A stretch of DNA of 64,000 nt from Mobula hypostoma (Eukaryota). Below are positions 46,541-60,092 of the stretch, piece after piece (positions within the stretch are counted from its first letter, which is position 1; every line of letters starts with the position of its first letter). The notes beneath the pieces were generated by a model that was given only the letters and a program-made list of their open reading frames with translations, had not been told where the DNA came from and did no database searches. Location of the stretch: the NCBI RefSeq assembly GCF_963921235.1, contig NC_086106.1, positions 25,916,001 to 25,980,000 on the forward strand. The letters run 5' to 3'. Position numbers and translations under genes: made by a program.

Positions 46541-47089
46541 CTTGAGTCCGTCCGAAAACTCTAAGCCTCCGACCTGCCCTCCAACACCGAGCACCGAGCA
46601 CCATCTCTTCTGAGCGCTTCGACCCGGGCCCCGGCAATAGGCAATAAGCAAAGCCGAGGATTTGGGGCTTTCCCCTCCGGAGATTCCTGATAGCACAGTG
46701 GCAGCGGCAGCGAAGCGAGCATCTCAGAAGTTTCTCCAGGTGTACGTCCGTGCGTTTCACGGCAGTCTACATCAAATCAGGATTGTTTACGGCCCCTAGT
46801 TGACACAGATCAATATCAATTCGGAAAGGCCGCGCGCGCTGCCTCGCGCCGCCATCTTCTCCTCCCTCCTCAGATGATGTCCTGCACATGACGGAGGTTA
46901 GAGCCCGTAATGGAGCTTATTAAGTCAGCAACTCTCTGTAGCTTGTTTTGCTACTATACAGTAACCCCTTCCATACCGATGTTTACTGAAGTACAGCGTG
47001 GACGCAACAGAAGCTTTCCTGCGCAGTCCGGCAGAGAACTTCAAAAACCCAGTCTACATAAAAGAGGGGTACCGCCTAACGGAGCGGCC

Positions 47090-49960
47090 ATAGTGGGAGC
47101 GGTCGTCGTCAGAGTTGTCTGAGTGAGACTCGTAAGCCTTTCTCTCAACAAGGAGAGTACGGGCGGAGGTAAAGTATGTTGGTAAGTTTATTCCCTATAT
47201 CTCATTCTGAATTAACTCGATGGAAGAGGTGTTGTGTCTACAGAGCCAATGTTCTGTTCTGGGTGTCAGGTGTGGGATTTCCAAGAGTCTCCCAGCCTCC
47301 CCGATGACCGCGTCTGCGCCTTAGTGCGTTGCAGCTCCTTTGAGAGAGTGTTAGGGAACGAGAACTGCAGTTCTATGACTTTAGGATTGTTAGAGAAAGT
47401 GTAACAGTGATAAACAGGCTACAGGAGACAGATCAATGAATGACTGTCAGGAGAAAGAGGCGAGAACGTCAGATAGTGGAGATCACCCACTTGGCCGTCA
47501 ACAAAATTACACCATTTTGAGTACTGTTCGGGGGATGACCTACCTGGGGGAAAAAACAGTGGCTATGCCTTTGGCATTGAGCTGGCCCTGTGGTTCAGAA
47601 GGATGGGCAACTGAACAGGAATCCACTGAAAATGGAGGGTGAACAGCTAGAAGTTGTGGTACATTGTGATAACAACGGCACAGGTAGAAAACGGCAGGAT
47701 GCCCTGAAAAAGATTGCAGGGATTTCGAAAGAAACCTCAGAAGCTGGGCCTCAAAGTTAGTTAGTTCAGGACTGATTCAAATATAAATAAAAGGAGGTGG
47801 CAGATAAATTCGTGGCTGAGAATTGGAGCGGGGGCAGAGATTCAGATTTCTAGATCATTGGGACCTCTTCTGGGACGTGTTCAAAAGGAACTGGTTGCAC
47901 TTGTTTCTGAGAGAGACCAATATTCTGGCGGGCCGGTTCACTAGAGCTGTAGGGATTGGTTTAAACTAATATCGCAAGGATTGTGAATCACTCTAATAGA
48001 GCAGAGGTTGAGCCAAAAGGTTTACAATCAGATTATGGGTACAACATGAATGTAAGGAAGGACAAGCCAAAGAATTGGTAGAAAAGCAGACTGAGTGATG
48101 TGTTAATCTTTTCTATAAAAGCTAAATTTTAAAGGGAAAATAAGGGGTTAGGCTAGCCGATAATATAAAGTAGGATACTAAAAATGTTCAATTATATAAA
48201 GAGTAAAGGGGAGTCGAGAGTTGATACTGGACCGCTGGAAGGTTGTATTTGTAACTGGTAAGGTTGTAACTGGTGAAATTGTAATTGGAGACAAAAACTG
48301 CAGATGACATTCATAGGTACTTTACACCTGGCTTCGCTGTGGAAGACATTAACACTGTGCGAGAGATCCGTGAGTGTCATTGCCTTGCAAAGGAGAAGAC
48401 AAACACAAAGGTTTTAAGTTGGATAGGCCACCTGTACCAGATGGACTACGTCCCAGAGTCCCAAGAGAGGTTGCTTAAGAGATAATAGACGCAGTGCTCG
48501 TGATATTTCAAGAATCACTTCATGCTAGCATGGTCCCAGAAGACTGGAATACTGCAAATGGCACTGCATTCTTTAAGAAGGGATGAGTGCAGAAGAAAGG
48601 AAATTATAGGCCAGTTATCCTAGCCTCAGTGTTTGGCAAAGTTTTGAAGTATAGTATTCAGGATGAGATTCCGGATATTGATGACAAAAAACGTCAAAGT
48701 CTGCAAGGGAAATTTTGTCTGATAAATTGGTTAGAGTCCTTCCAGAAAGTAAGAAGCAGGATGGACACAGGAGAAGTAGTGGATGCCATTTATTTGGATA
48801 TTCCGAAAGTGCTTGATAAGGTGACACACATGAGGCTGCTTCACAAGATAAAATCCGATGGAGTTACAGGAAAGATACTAGCGTGTGTAGCGGAATGGCT
48901 GACAGGCACGAGACAACGAATGAGAATAAAAGGGGCCTTTTTCTGGTTGGCTGCCAGTGAATAGTGGTGTTTCTCAGGAGCCAACATTGGGGTCGCTACT
49001 TTTCACTTTCTTTCACCATGATTTGGATAATTGAACAGATGGCTTTGTGGCAAAGTTTGCGGATGATAGGCGGTAGGTGGAGTAATATGTAGTACTGAGA
49101 AAACAATGCCATTGCAGCGGGACTTCGACAAATTGGAAGAATGGGCAAAAATGTGGCAGATGTAATAGAGTGTTGGGAAATGTATGATAATACATCTTTG
49201 GTAAAAGGAATAATACTGTGGACTATTATCTAATTGGGGAGAAAACCCAAACATCAGAGGTGCAGAGGAACTGAGAAGTCCTCGTGCAAGTCTCCCAAAA
49301 GGGAGTAAATAAGGCAAATGCAGGGTTTGCATTTATTTCAAGGGGGATAGAATATAAAAGAATGGAGATAATGCTGAGACTCGAAAGGACAATAGTCAGG
49401 CCGCACCTGAAATATTGCCAACAGTTTAGAGCCCCAGTTCTCAGAAAGGTTATACTGTCATTGGAGAGAGTCCAGAGAAGGTTCACGAGGGTGATTCGGG
49501 GAATGAACGGATTGACATATGAGGAGTATTTGTCAGCCTTGAACCTGCAATCTCTGCAATTTAGAAGGATGCTGGGACAACTCATTGAAGCTTACCGAAT
49601 GTTGAAAAGACTAGATAGGATGGATGTGGTCAGCAGGTTTCCTCTGGTGGTGTAACCAGAACTAGAAGGCACAGCCTCAAAACTGAGGGGGCGAACCAAG
49701 GTAGGAGTGAGGTAGGAGGATTTCTTAGCCAGAGAGTAGTGAATCTGTGGAATGTTGTGGCACGGCCTGCGGTGGAGATTAAGTCCGTGAGTATATATAA
49801 TGCGAAAGTTGATCCTTTCCTGATCGGTCAGGGCATCGAAGGATATGGCCAGAAGGCAAGTGTATGGTTTCAGTGGGATTCGGCATCAGCCAGGATGAAA
49901 TGGCAGAACAGACTCGAAGGTCTGAATTGCCTATTTTGACTCCTATGTCTTATAGTCTTA
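47090..49960 (+). mobile_element. Degenerate, internally deleted CR1
   Basis: KGNYRPVILAS, IYLDIPKVLDKV and LQSLQFRRMLGQLIEAY, plus a CTTATAGT tail. Confidence 0.8.
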
Positions 49961-52900
49961 TAGCCGTAAAACGCGCGGTGATGCCATCAGTTAGAACGCT
50001 GTCCACGACAGGTTTGTAGACAATTTGAGAATATCCTTGGTGACTTATCGGATCTCCTCAAACTTAAAATGAAATATTGCCGCTGTCGTGCATTCTTTGT
50101 AGCTGCATCGATGTGCCGGGTCCAGGATATAGACACCCATGAACTTGATATTGTTGACTTCTGATCCCTCTGTGACTAGTGTGCGTTCCTCGTGTTACCC
50201 TTTCTGAAGTCCACAATCAGGTCTTTAGACTTACCTCATTCAGTCCAAGTTTGTAGCTGCGACACAACGCAACTAGTTGATACGTCTCTCTCCTGTAAGC
50301 CCTCTCGTCACCATCTGATATTCTGCCAACAATAGTTGTGTCGTCAGCAAATTTATGGAAATAATTTGAACGTTGCCTAGGCACAGTTATGGAAATAGAG
50401 AGGGACTGCAGTGGGCTCTATTCCTGAGACGGGCCAGCGTTGATTGACAACAAGTCGGATATGTTATTTCCGATCCGCACAGATTGCGTTCTTCCCTTTA
50501 TGATCTAGGGGAGCCAGTTGAATAGGGATGTACAAAGGTCCAGGTTTTGGAGCTTTCCGTATCACCAAGCTCATAGCTACTCTCTCGTTGTTAAAAGACA
50601 ATTGAATGGTTTCCTGTCCGATAAGACTGAATATTGAATTCACAATCTGATTTGTTCTGACGTCACTCGTATTCCTTTCTAGGAACTGGATTTTCCGTAG
50701 CTGATAATGTTTACCTCCATTCCATTGCCTTCTTACCTTAAATTACCCCTCAATGCACTTCTGTAATGAATTGATCCGTATGAAAAATGTTAGACAATCG
50801 TTTCACTGAACGTGGGCATATATGACAACAAGGAACCTAAACCTGAACCAGATCGTGTGGCCGGGTAGGTGGGTAGACGGAGTGCAGCAGTAAATCAGGG
50901 AGATTTCGTATAGAGCAGAGAATGTGGGTTGGGAACGTGAACGAGTTAGTAGAGTTTCTGGGCAGTGAGTGTCGGGTGGCGCACAGGCTGCCGCCATTCT
51001 ACTGACTTTTCTCTCCTGCATCTCTCTCTGCTCTTTTCTTTTTCGCACATTCGCGCTGTCTCTCCTTTTGTTCTAATTTCTACCTCTGGCTCTTCGTCTG
51101 CACCTCTCTTTCTCACTTTCTCATGACTTCTCCTTTTTTTGCTCTCTCTCTCTCCCTGTCTCTCCCCGCCCTCCCGCCCTCTCTAGATCTCTAGATTCTA
51201 GTGAATCACGGGTCAAATCCGTAAGTCAAAATAAAATTGCAGACGCCTGAAAATAAATTCTTTCACATTATCGGAAAAAATCTCTGATTTGGAATGCTCT
51301 GCTTCGGACTACATTGGAGTCCAAGTCCATGGGTATATATAAAGCGGAAATTGATGGTTTCCTGATTGATCAGGGCATCAAAAGATATAGCGAGAAGGCA
51401 GGTGTATGAGGTTGAGTGGGCTCCGCGGTCAGCCGTGATGTAATGGCGAAGCAGAATCGATGGGCTAAATGGCCTATCCTGTTCCTATGGCTTATGGTCT
51501 TATAGTTTTACTGTCTCTGAAGTGGGAAAATGTTCAGTCCGTTCAACGGCAGCGTCTCCAGCTGTTGTCAAAGTTCTTAAATTGAAAATATGGATTTCAC
51601 ACTTTTGAGTCTTTTGGGATAGCCGGTAGTGAGCCAGGATGAGAAACGTGCCCCTCCTAGTCGACCAGGTATTGGAGGCCCCCTGCCCCGACGGCGCACA
51701 GCTAGTAGCCGCCAGACGGTGTACGCCGGATGGCTGTCGATGATCCGGACGGGTGGAGGGGTTTCGGTCGGAGTACACAAGAGACTGGCAGAAAGTGGTT
51801 TTAATTGGGAAACAAGAAAAGTAGGGTGGATGTGCATAGACCTTGGTAGTTTAAGTCGGACCGCTGTGGGGTTGATGATACTTTCGACCTCGGAAGGTCC
51901 CAGGAAGCAAGGGGCGAGTTTCTTAAGCTCGTTTTTGAGAGGGATGTTTCTGGATGAGAGCCACACCTTCTGCCCAGGTCGAAACTCGAGCGCAGGAGTC
52001 CGATGTCGATCGGCAATCGTCTTATTGCGATCGGCTGATCTGAGCAGGGCCGTACGTTTGTCCTCACAAACCTTGCGGCATTTATTAGTACGGGCCTGAA
52101 CAGACGGCACCACAATCTCCTACTCCTACGCGGAGAACAGCGGGGGTTGATACCCGAGGGAGCACTCGAAGGGAGACCTTCCGATTGCATTGCTAACCAG
52201 GAAGTATTCCGTGGAGGCGGAAGACGTGGCGGACGAGAAAGTGTGCTGTTTCCTGAGCAGAAGGGAGTTTGGGGAGGGCTACAAAGTGCACCGTAGTGGA
52301 GAGCCGGTCTACCACGATGAGCACGGTGGTGTTTCCGTGTGAAGGGAGTTGACCGGTGACGTAATGTAGGGCGATGTGCGACCAAAGTCGACCAGGGACA
52401 GGTAGAGGACGAAGGAATCCCGCAGATGGCTAATGGGAGGCATTATTCTGGCACAGACGGAACATGCAGAGATATAGGAACGGGTATCCACCTCCATGGA
52501 AGGCCACCAAAAGTGTCTTTTCAGGAGAACCAGTGTGCGATCACTTCCGGGGTGGCAGGCGAACCGAGATGAGTGCCCCCACTGGAGAACCTGAGACCTG
52601 ACGGAATCAGGCACAAAAAAGGTGATCAGTGGGTCCATTGCTGGGGTTAGGGTCATCCCGTTGGGTTTCCTTTACTATGGACTCATTCTCTCAAGTGAGG
52701 GTTGCCACCACACAGGATGGTGGGAGGATAGTCTCTGGGCTGGAAGTATCCACCTTGGAATTGTATTGGCGGGAGATGCGGCAGGTTTCCCGTTCTTGCA
52801 CCTTGGACGGTATGTGAGCGAAAACTTGAATCGTCCAAAAAATAATGGCCAACGGGCCTGGCGGGAGTTCAAACGTTTGGCGGTCTAAGTATATCCCAGG

Positions 52901-54962
52901 TTCTTCTGATCAGTCCAAACAATAAATGGGTACTCCGCCCCCTCCAGCCAGTGCCTCCACTCCTCCAATGCTAGCTTGACCGCCAGTAGTTCCCGATTGC
53001 CCACATCGTAATTCTGCTCGGCGGGGGACATCCGGCGAGAAAAGAAGGCACAAGGATGAAGCTTATCGTCCGGACTTGATGGTTGGGACAGGACTGCTCC
53101 CACCCACGAGTCAGAGGCGTCTACCTCAACAATGAACTGGCGGGAGGGGTCCGGTTGGACCAGGATCGGTGCGGACGTGAAACGTCTCTTTCGTTCCGTG
53201 AAAGCTGAGTCGGCCTCGCAGTCCCAAAGAAAAGGTGTTGTGGGCGAAGTAAGTCGGGTGACGGGCGCGGCCACCGGACTGTAATCGCTGATAAATCGGT
53301 GGTAAAATTTTATAAAACCCAAAAACCGCTGAGGTTGTTTGCGGGTGGTGGGTCTGGACCATTCTTCCACCGCCCGGATCTTCACAGGATCTGCCCTCAC
53401 TTGCCCGCTCTCGATGATGTAGCCCAGGAAGCTGACCGAGGGAACATGGAACTCACACTTCTCCGCCTTCACAAATAACTTGTTCTCCCACAGACTCTGG
53501 AGGACTAGACGGACATGGTAAATGTTTTTCTGGAGGCTGCTAGAAAATATTAAGATATCATCTTGGTAGACGAACATGAAGCTAATAAAGTTCCTCAGCA
53601 CATCAATGATTAGGGCTTGAAATATGGCGGGGACATTGCTGAGGCCAAACGGCATGATTAAGTATTCGAAGTGGCCCAGTGGTGCATTAAAGGCCGTCTT
53701 CCACTCCTCTCCCTCCCTCATTTTGACTAGATGGTAGGCGCTGCGAATGTCCAGCTTCCAGAAAACGGTGGCTCAGTGAAGTAGTTCAAATGCCGAGTTA
53801 ATGGGGGGTAGTGGGTACATATTTTTAACTGTATGTTGTTTATGCCTCGGTAATCAATACAGGGACAAAGCGACCCATCCTTTTTCTCAACAAAGAAGAA
53901 ACCGGCACCCACCGGGGAGGATGAGGGTCCAATAATGCCCGCCGCGAGTGACTCACTAATGTATTTCTCCATGGCCTCTCTCTCCAATCGGAACAAGTTA
54001 TAAGGACGACCAGTGGGTAACGAGGCCCCGGGGAGATGGTCGATATCGCAATCATACGGGCGGTGCGGAGGCAGGGAAAGAGCCCTTTGTTTGCTGAATG
54101 CGTGTCCCAACTCATGGTATTCTGCAGGGACTCCCGACAAGTCTAGCGGTTCCACGACAGGTGGCGTGGCAAAACGGGGTCCAACTGGCTATCCTCCCGG
54201 GAGACCAGCCGATGTAGGGCTTGTGGTGGTTTAGCCGGGGATATCCTAAAACTGCGGAGGCTTAAGGAGAATGGGTGGGATTAAATCGTACCTCCTCTTG
54301 ATAGTTTCCGGACAGAATCAAGGTCAGGGTTGGCGTACAGTGGGTAACCCGAGACAGCAGTTTTCCGTCCAGCGCCCGGGCCTCCAGAAGGGTACTTAAC
54401 GGTTCCCGAGGTATTCCGGCCCGGGAGGCTATGTCCTCGTCCAGCAGATTTCCCTCGTCACCGGAATCCACTAAGGCAGATAGGGACAGGGACTATTGTT
54501 GAAAGTTCACGGTAGCCGGGATCCGCATCCGGGTCTGGGGGACTGAAGGGAGTGTCATCCGGCTCACCAGGGTCCCCTTCTCTACTGGTGAGCCCTCCCT
54601 TTTGACCGCAGAGGGCAGGTATCCCGAAAATGTCCCGGCTGACCGCAATAACAACAATCCCCAGCTCTCCGCCTCCGAAGTCGTTCGGCAGGGGAGAGAC
54701 GTTTCCGTCCCAGCGGCATCGCTTCCTCCCCCGGGGTAATGGGGACGGTCGGAGCAGGAGCTATACTTGGAGCGGCCGGGAAAATAGGCTGGATGAAGAT
54801 GGTAGGGTAGGCCGTGGGATGACCCGAGGAGCTTTCCTCTCAGACGCTCTTGAAGTCGATAATCTAGCCTGGTGGCTGGAGAGATCAGAGAGTCCAGGCT
54901 GTCCGCGTCATCTCTCGCTGCCAGTTCATCTTTTATATTTTCTGAGAGGCCCTGCCGAAACA

Positions 54963-55278
54963 ACAGGAATTCTGCAGATGCTGGAAATTCAAGCAAAACA
55001 CATCAAAGTTGCTGGTGAACGCAGCAGGCCAGGCAGCATCTGTAGGAAGAGGTGCAGTCGACGTTTCAGGCCGAGACCCTTCGTCAGGACTAACTGAAGG
55101 AAGAGTGAGTAAGGGATTTGAAAGTTGGAGGGAGAGGGGGAGATCCAAAATGATAGAAGAAGACAGGAGGGGGAGGGATAGAGCCGAGAGCTGGACAGGT
55201 GATAGGCAAAAGGGGATACGAGAGGATCATGGGACAGGAGGTCCGGGAAGAAAGGCAAGGTGGGAGGGGGGGGGAGAA
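54963..55278 (-). mobile_element. Penelope 3'-UTR-only insertion inside the Gypsy gag
   Basis: Near-identical to 9315-9570. An imperfect TSD CTG(C/T)CGAAACA lies at 54952-54962 and 55279-55289. Confidence 0.85.
55056..55091 (-). ncRNA. Minimal hammerhead ribozyme motif, second intact copy
   Basis: Identical 36-mer to 9374-9409. Confidence 0.8.
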
Positions 55279-56659
55279 CTGTCGAAACAGTTCCCTTAGT
55301 GCCTCGTCATTCCACCCAGAGTCGGCCGTTAATGTTCGAAACTCGATGGAGTATTTTGCTACGCTCGCGAACCCTGACAGAGAGATAGCAAGCGCTTAGC
55401 GGTGTCCTCACCGTAAATGGGCTGTTCAAAGAGGTTCGTCATTTCGGAGACGAAGGAGGGGAAGGAGGAACAGACCTCTGGTCAGTTGTCCTAGATCGCG
55501 GTGGCCCAAGCCAAGGCATTCCCTCGTAACAGCCCCATGATGTACGCAATCTTTGATCTGTCCGAGGTGTACGTGCGTAGCTGTTGCTCAAAGACCAAAG
55601 AGCATTGTAATTAGAAGGCCCGGCACTTCCCTAGGTCCCCAGCGTAGGGTTCCGGATCGGGTACGTACGGCTCTCGAGCGGATTGCGTTGACTACCCAAG
55701 GGGCGTAGCCATCCCAAACTGTGCGGTTTGGTTAGACAGGGTTCTTGTGAGGGACGGAGTAAGGGAAACGGATACCCGGTCAACCTGCTCACTGACCTTC
55801 CTTACATTCGTGGATAGCGCACGAAGGTTTTCCGTTACCTCTCTGAGCAGCTGGTAGCCCTGGCTAGATCGAGCCTGTTGCACGGGGTCCGTGTCCGCTG
55901 GGTTCATTCTAGCCAGTTCGTTCTGTCGAAAGGACGTGGTTGGAAACGATCCCAAGAGCAAGACACAGGCTCAGAGACAGGGTCGTGTGTCGTTAGAGCA
56001 GTCGCGAACGTGGAACAGGTATTCAGGAGAATCTTTACACGGAGACAAGGTTTACGTAGATTATGCAGGGAGTGGTGCGGAGCTTAGAAATGACAGTCCT
56101 AAGGAATCAGGAAAAGAGGTTTACACACACGAGAATAGACCAACAAACTGGCAAAGCATGACAGTGACGCCAGCATTCTTATCCTCAGTTCGATGATGGA
56201 AAGCAGGTGTGTGGTAATTGATGAAAACTGGGAACAATTGGAAATCAGACGAAGGGATTAAGACCGAATCAAGGAGATAATAGCAAGATGGGGCATTGCC
56301 GGACGGGACCATGACATTGAGAGGGTGAACAGCTTTCAGTTCTTCGGCACACACATCACCGAGGATCCCACGTGGCCTTGACCTTAGATACTATTCAGTT
56401 CACCCGGGGGGTTCTTGCAAACATTTTTAGCCTCTCATTGTTTTAATCTCATTCTCTCATCTGCGTTAAGAATGCCATCATCACCTCTATACCTAAGAAA
56501 AACAATATAACCATATCCCCGGCAACTCATTTCAATTTGTATTGATTCACAATACTGTGCTTCCTATGTGGACGCTTTTCGGCCGATTAGAGCATCTACT
56601 GACCCAGTCTGCAAGAAACTCGAGATGTACGGACACAACGCAAACAATCCAGACTCGCC

Positions 56660-58085
56660 TCCATGGATTAAGTCTACATTAATTCTCACTGCTACGGGCA
56701 GAAGTTCCCACTTGCTTCAAAAAGGCAGCAATTATACCAGTGCCTAGGAAGAATGATGTAGGCTAACTTAATGACTATCACCCGGTAGCACTCACATCGA
56801 CAGTGATTAAGTGCTTTGAGAGGCTGGTTATAACTAGCCTTGACTCCTGCCTGAGCAAGGACCTGGACCCATTGTATTTTGCCCAACGCCACAGTAGGTC
56901 AACGGCAGACGCAATCTCAATGGCTCTCCACACGGCTTTAGACAACGCAGTCACCTACGTCAGGATGCAGTTCATTCTGCAGTCGATCTGTCATTCCGTC
57001 TGTACCTCCCTCTGCAATTGGATCCTCGACTTCCTAACCGGAAGACCACAGTCCGTGCGGATTGGTGATAGCATATCCTCCTCGCTGACGATCAGCACTG
57101 GCGCACCTCAGGGGTGTGTACTTAGCCCACTATTCTACTCTCTGTATACACATGACTATGTGGTTAGGAATAGCTCAGATGTCTTCTACAAATTTGCTGA
57201 CGATATAGCCATTGTTGGTAGAGTAGCAGGTGGTGACGAGAGGGCGTACAGGAGTGATATGCCAACTAGTGGAATGGTGCCACGGCATTAACCTGGCACT
57301 CAACGTCAGTAAGACGAAAGAGCTGATTGTGGACTTCAGAAAGGATAAGACGAAGGAGTACTTGCCAATCCTCACAGAGGGATCAGAAGTGGAGAGAGTG
57401 AGGAGCGCCAAGTTCCTCGGTGTCAAGATCTCTGAGGATCTAACCTGGTCCAAACCTATCGATGTAATCATAAAGAAGGAAAGACAGCGGCTATACTTTA
57501 TTAGGAGTTTGAAGAGGTCTGGCATTTCAGCAAATAAACTCAAAAACGTCTATAGCTGGACTGTGGAGAGCATTCTGACAGGCTGCATCACTGTCTGGTA
57601 TGGAGGGCGACTGCAGAGGACCGAAAGAAGCTGCAGAATGTTGTAAATCTAGTCCGCCCAGTCTGGGGCACTAGCCTACAAAGAACTCAGGACATGTTTA
57701 GGAAGCGGTTTTTAGAAAAGGCCGTGTCCATTATTAAGGACCTCCAGCACACAGGGCATGTCCTTTTCTCACTGTTACCATCAAGTAGAAGATATAGAAG
57801 CCTGAAGGCACACACTCAGCGAATCAGGAACAGCTTCTTCCCCTCTGCCGTCCGATTCCTAAATGGAGATTGAAGCTTTGGATACTACCTCACTTTTTTT
57901 TAATATACAGTATTTATGTTTTTGCACATTTTTTAAAAAGTCTATTCAATATACGTAATTGATTTACTTGTTTTTTTTTATTTATTTCCCGCTGCTAGAT
58001 TATGTATTGCACTGAACTGCTGCTGCTAAGTTAACAAATTTCACGTCACGTGCCGGTGATAATAAACCCGATTCTGATTCTGATT
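56660..58085 (+). mobile_element. 5'-truncated Rex-like LINE
   Basis: [17 protein letters not shown] and LNVSKTKELIVDFRK, plus a (GATTCT)n tail. Confidence 0.88.
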
Positions 58086-58878
58086 TTCGCTGCCTGTGTA
58101 AAGCCTTCAGGAAAGTCAAAGACTTCACCCACTTCGAACATTCTCTCTTCTCTCCCACTTATCGCCAAAAAGGTACACACGTCTGAAAGCACGTCCCACC
58201 AAGGCAGCTTCTACAATGTCAGTATCTATTAGCGTAAAGTTTTTAATGTAAATTGACCTCGTTGTGACTTTTCCCTTTTTCCATCTACCTGCAGTGTAAC
58301 TTCTCTTTAGCTGTTTTCACGTTATTCTGCATTCTTCCGTTTCCCTCTGTGTCGCGCTCCTTCTCTCTGCTCTTCCACACACATCATAATAACAACCGCA
58401 AATTGTCACAAAACACATAGTGCCTTGATAGAAACATCAACAAATTATAAATAGTTGCCGTAACCTCATTTAATTTAGACCATTCCCATAAGTCATGCAA
58501 TGTCAATCCCCCTCCCTCCTCCACCACCACCATTTATCCCCAGTCTTTGCTTTTCTTTCCTTGGCCAATGCCCATCGAGTCTACCTGATTTTTGATTAGT
58601 TGGGGTTTGGTGTGATATCTTGCCATGTAAAAATTCTGCATTTGCAGGTTTCCCCCTCATCTTAACTGTGAAAGCCTCATGAAACTCTGGCAAAGTTGTC
58701 AAAAATGATGTCCACCAAAAATATCAGGACAATATGAATTTGTAGGTAAAAGGGGGAAATGTGTGTGGGAAATGTATTGTAACGTTTCAATGTGTGCAAC
58801 TGGCTGCACATTCATTTGACGGAGAGTTTCTCAAACCTGTATATCTTTTGCTAATATGTTTCTCCTTCTTAAGTCCTT

Positions 58879-58945
58879 CACGTGACCGTGGTGGATTTGT
58901 TTGGGCGCCCCTGCCAGATTTCCGGCAAAGGGCTCCCTCTACCGA
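58879..58945 (-). promoter_or_regulatory. RSS-downstream CTCF-like plus E-box module
   Basis: TCGGTAGAGGGAGC at 58945-58932, TCTGGCAGGGGCGC at 58918-58905 and CACGTG at 58879-58884. Confidence 0.6.
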
Positions 58946-58968
58946 CCGCTCACTGTATCGCGGAGGTT

Positions 58969-59007
58969 GGATTTTGTCTGGAGCCGTCATCGCCTTGCAA
59001 CACTGTG
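58969..59007 (-). other. 23-RSS, near consensus
   Basis: CACAGTG (59007-59001), 23 nt, then ACAAAATCC (58977-58969). Confidence 0.93.
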
Positions 59008-59440
59008 GGCTTCATGGCACAAAGATAAACGGCGGCGTCCGCCACAAGAGCACCAGAGATGTTCAAATGGGCTGCCTTGCTGTCACGCTGCCAACCAGCG
59101 GTAAACCTTGCCGGACATTCTGGGTGTTTATCGATCTTTCCGGAGCTAGATAGCTGTAGCAGGTATTTCGGAGATTCCATGCGATGCTGAACGTACCAAA
59201 AAATATTTAGAGCAACGCCAGTGTAATTACAATTCAGTGTTACACTTTGTTCTTCCACAATTGTTAATTCAAGAGGCCATTGTGTCACGGAATCTTTCCC
59301 ATTTGTTCCTGTAATGAAAGGACAAAACGCATGAACAGATTGGACTTTCTCCGGACAAAATGAACAGATACAGGCCGTTACCGCGGAGACTCACCGGGGA
59401 GCACAGCCAATATAATCAGCAGAGAACACAGGAATCTCAT
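59008..59440 (-). CDS. Functional-looking TCR alpha/delta-like V segment with an extra FR3 cysteine
   Basis: Leader 59440-59395 MRFLCSLLIILAVLP, intron 59394-59309, V exon 59308-59008 with TLNC, WYVQ, HPECPARF and DAAVYLCAM. The RSS is canonical. Confidence 0.93.
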
Positions 59441-59574
59441 GCTGTCTGGCTTCAAACTCGATCGAAAGACAGTTTCTTCCATTAATGTATTTGTCCGATA
59501 TTGAACAGAAAAATCAGACCTGCGGCGTATTTCACCTTGCGGAAATCTAGGGGTGTTGCCTTGCCAATGGCTTG

Positions 59575-59615
59575 ATTGGCTGTGAGCACCAAATTGATCC
59601 GGTCCGACCACCAAT
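59575..59615. promoter_or_regulatory. Inverted CCAAT-box pair
   Basis: ATTGG at 59575-59579 and CCAAT at 59611-59615. Confidence 0.55.
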
Positions 59616-60052
59616 CACAGTTAAGTTTGTTTCAATTCCTCTGGCTGTTTTGGCTTCCTTTTATAATCCTTTCCATCTCCTATTTCTCTGTCGCCATGTC
59701 CCTCTCTCTTTCACACATTTACAACCTCACCCACTGTTTCCCACAATCTTTCCTCTCCTTCCCACACTCCTTCCCCTCCTTCATTCGTTCTGTTCCACTT
59801 CACACATCTCTCTCTCTCTTTCTCTCTCCCGGTCTCTTTCTTCCTCTCTCTATGCATTTCTCTCGTTCTTTCTCACATAGTATCAACATCGCTCCCAGAC
59901 TCTCCCGCATTTATCCTCCGTATCTCTTCTTTGAGGCTTGTCTTTCTCCATTTTCCTCACCCTAACTCTGCCCACCGCGGACAACACCCACGCACACAGA
60001 TCTCACTCTCAATAGCTTTCGCTATGATAACTCTTTGGCTGCCCCCCACCTC

Positions 60053-60092
<40 letters not shown>

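Larger units (their letters stand above)
51600..56163 (-). mobile_element. Decayed chromovirus-like Gypsy element: 5' LTR about 56163-55924, gag-pol, chromodomain remnant, no 3' LTR seen
   Basis: gag start MNPAD, zinc knuckle CCYCGQPGHFRDTC, protease [14 protein letters not shown], RNase H EVDASD, integrase and [14 protein letters not shown]. Many frameshifts are present. Confidence 0.9.
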
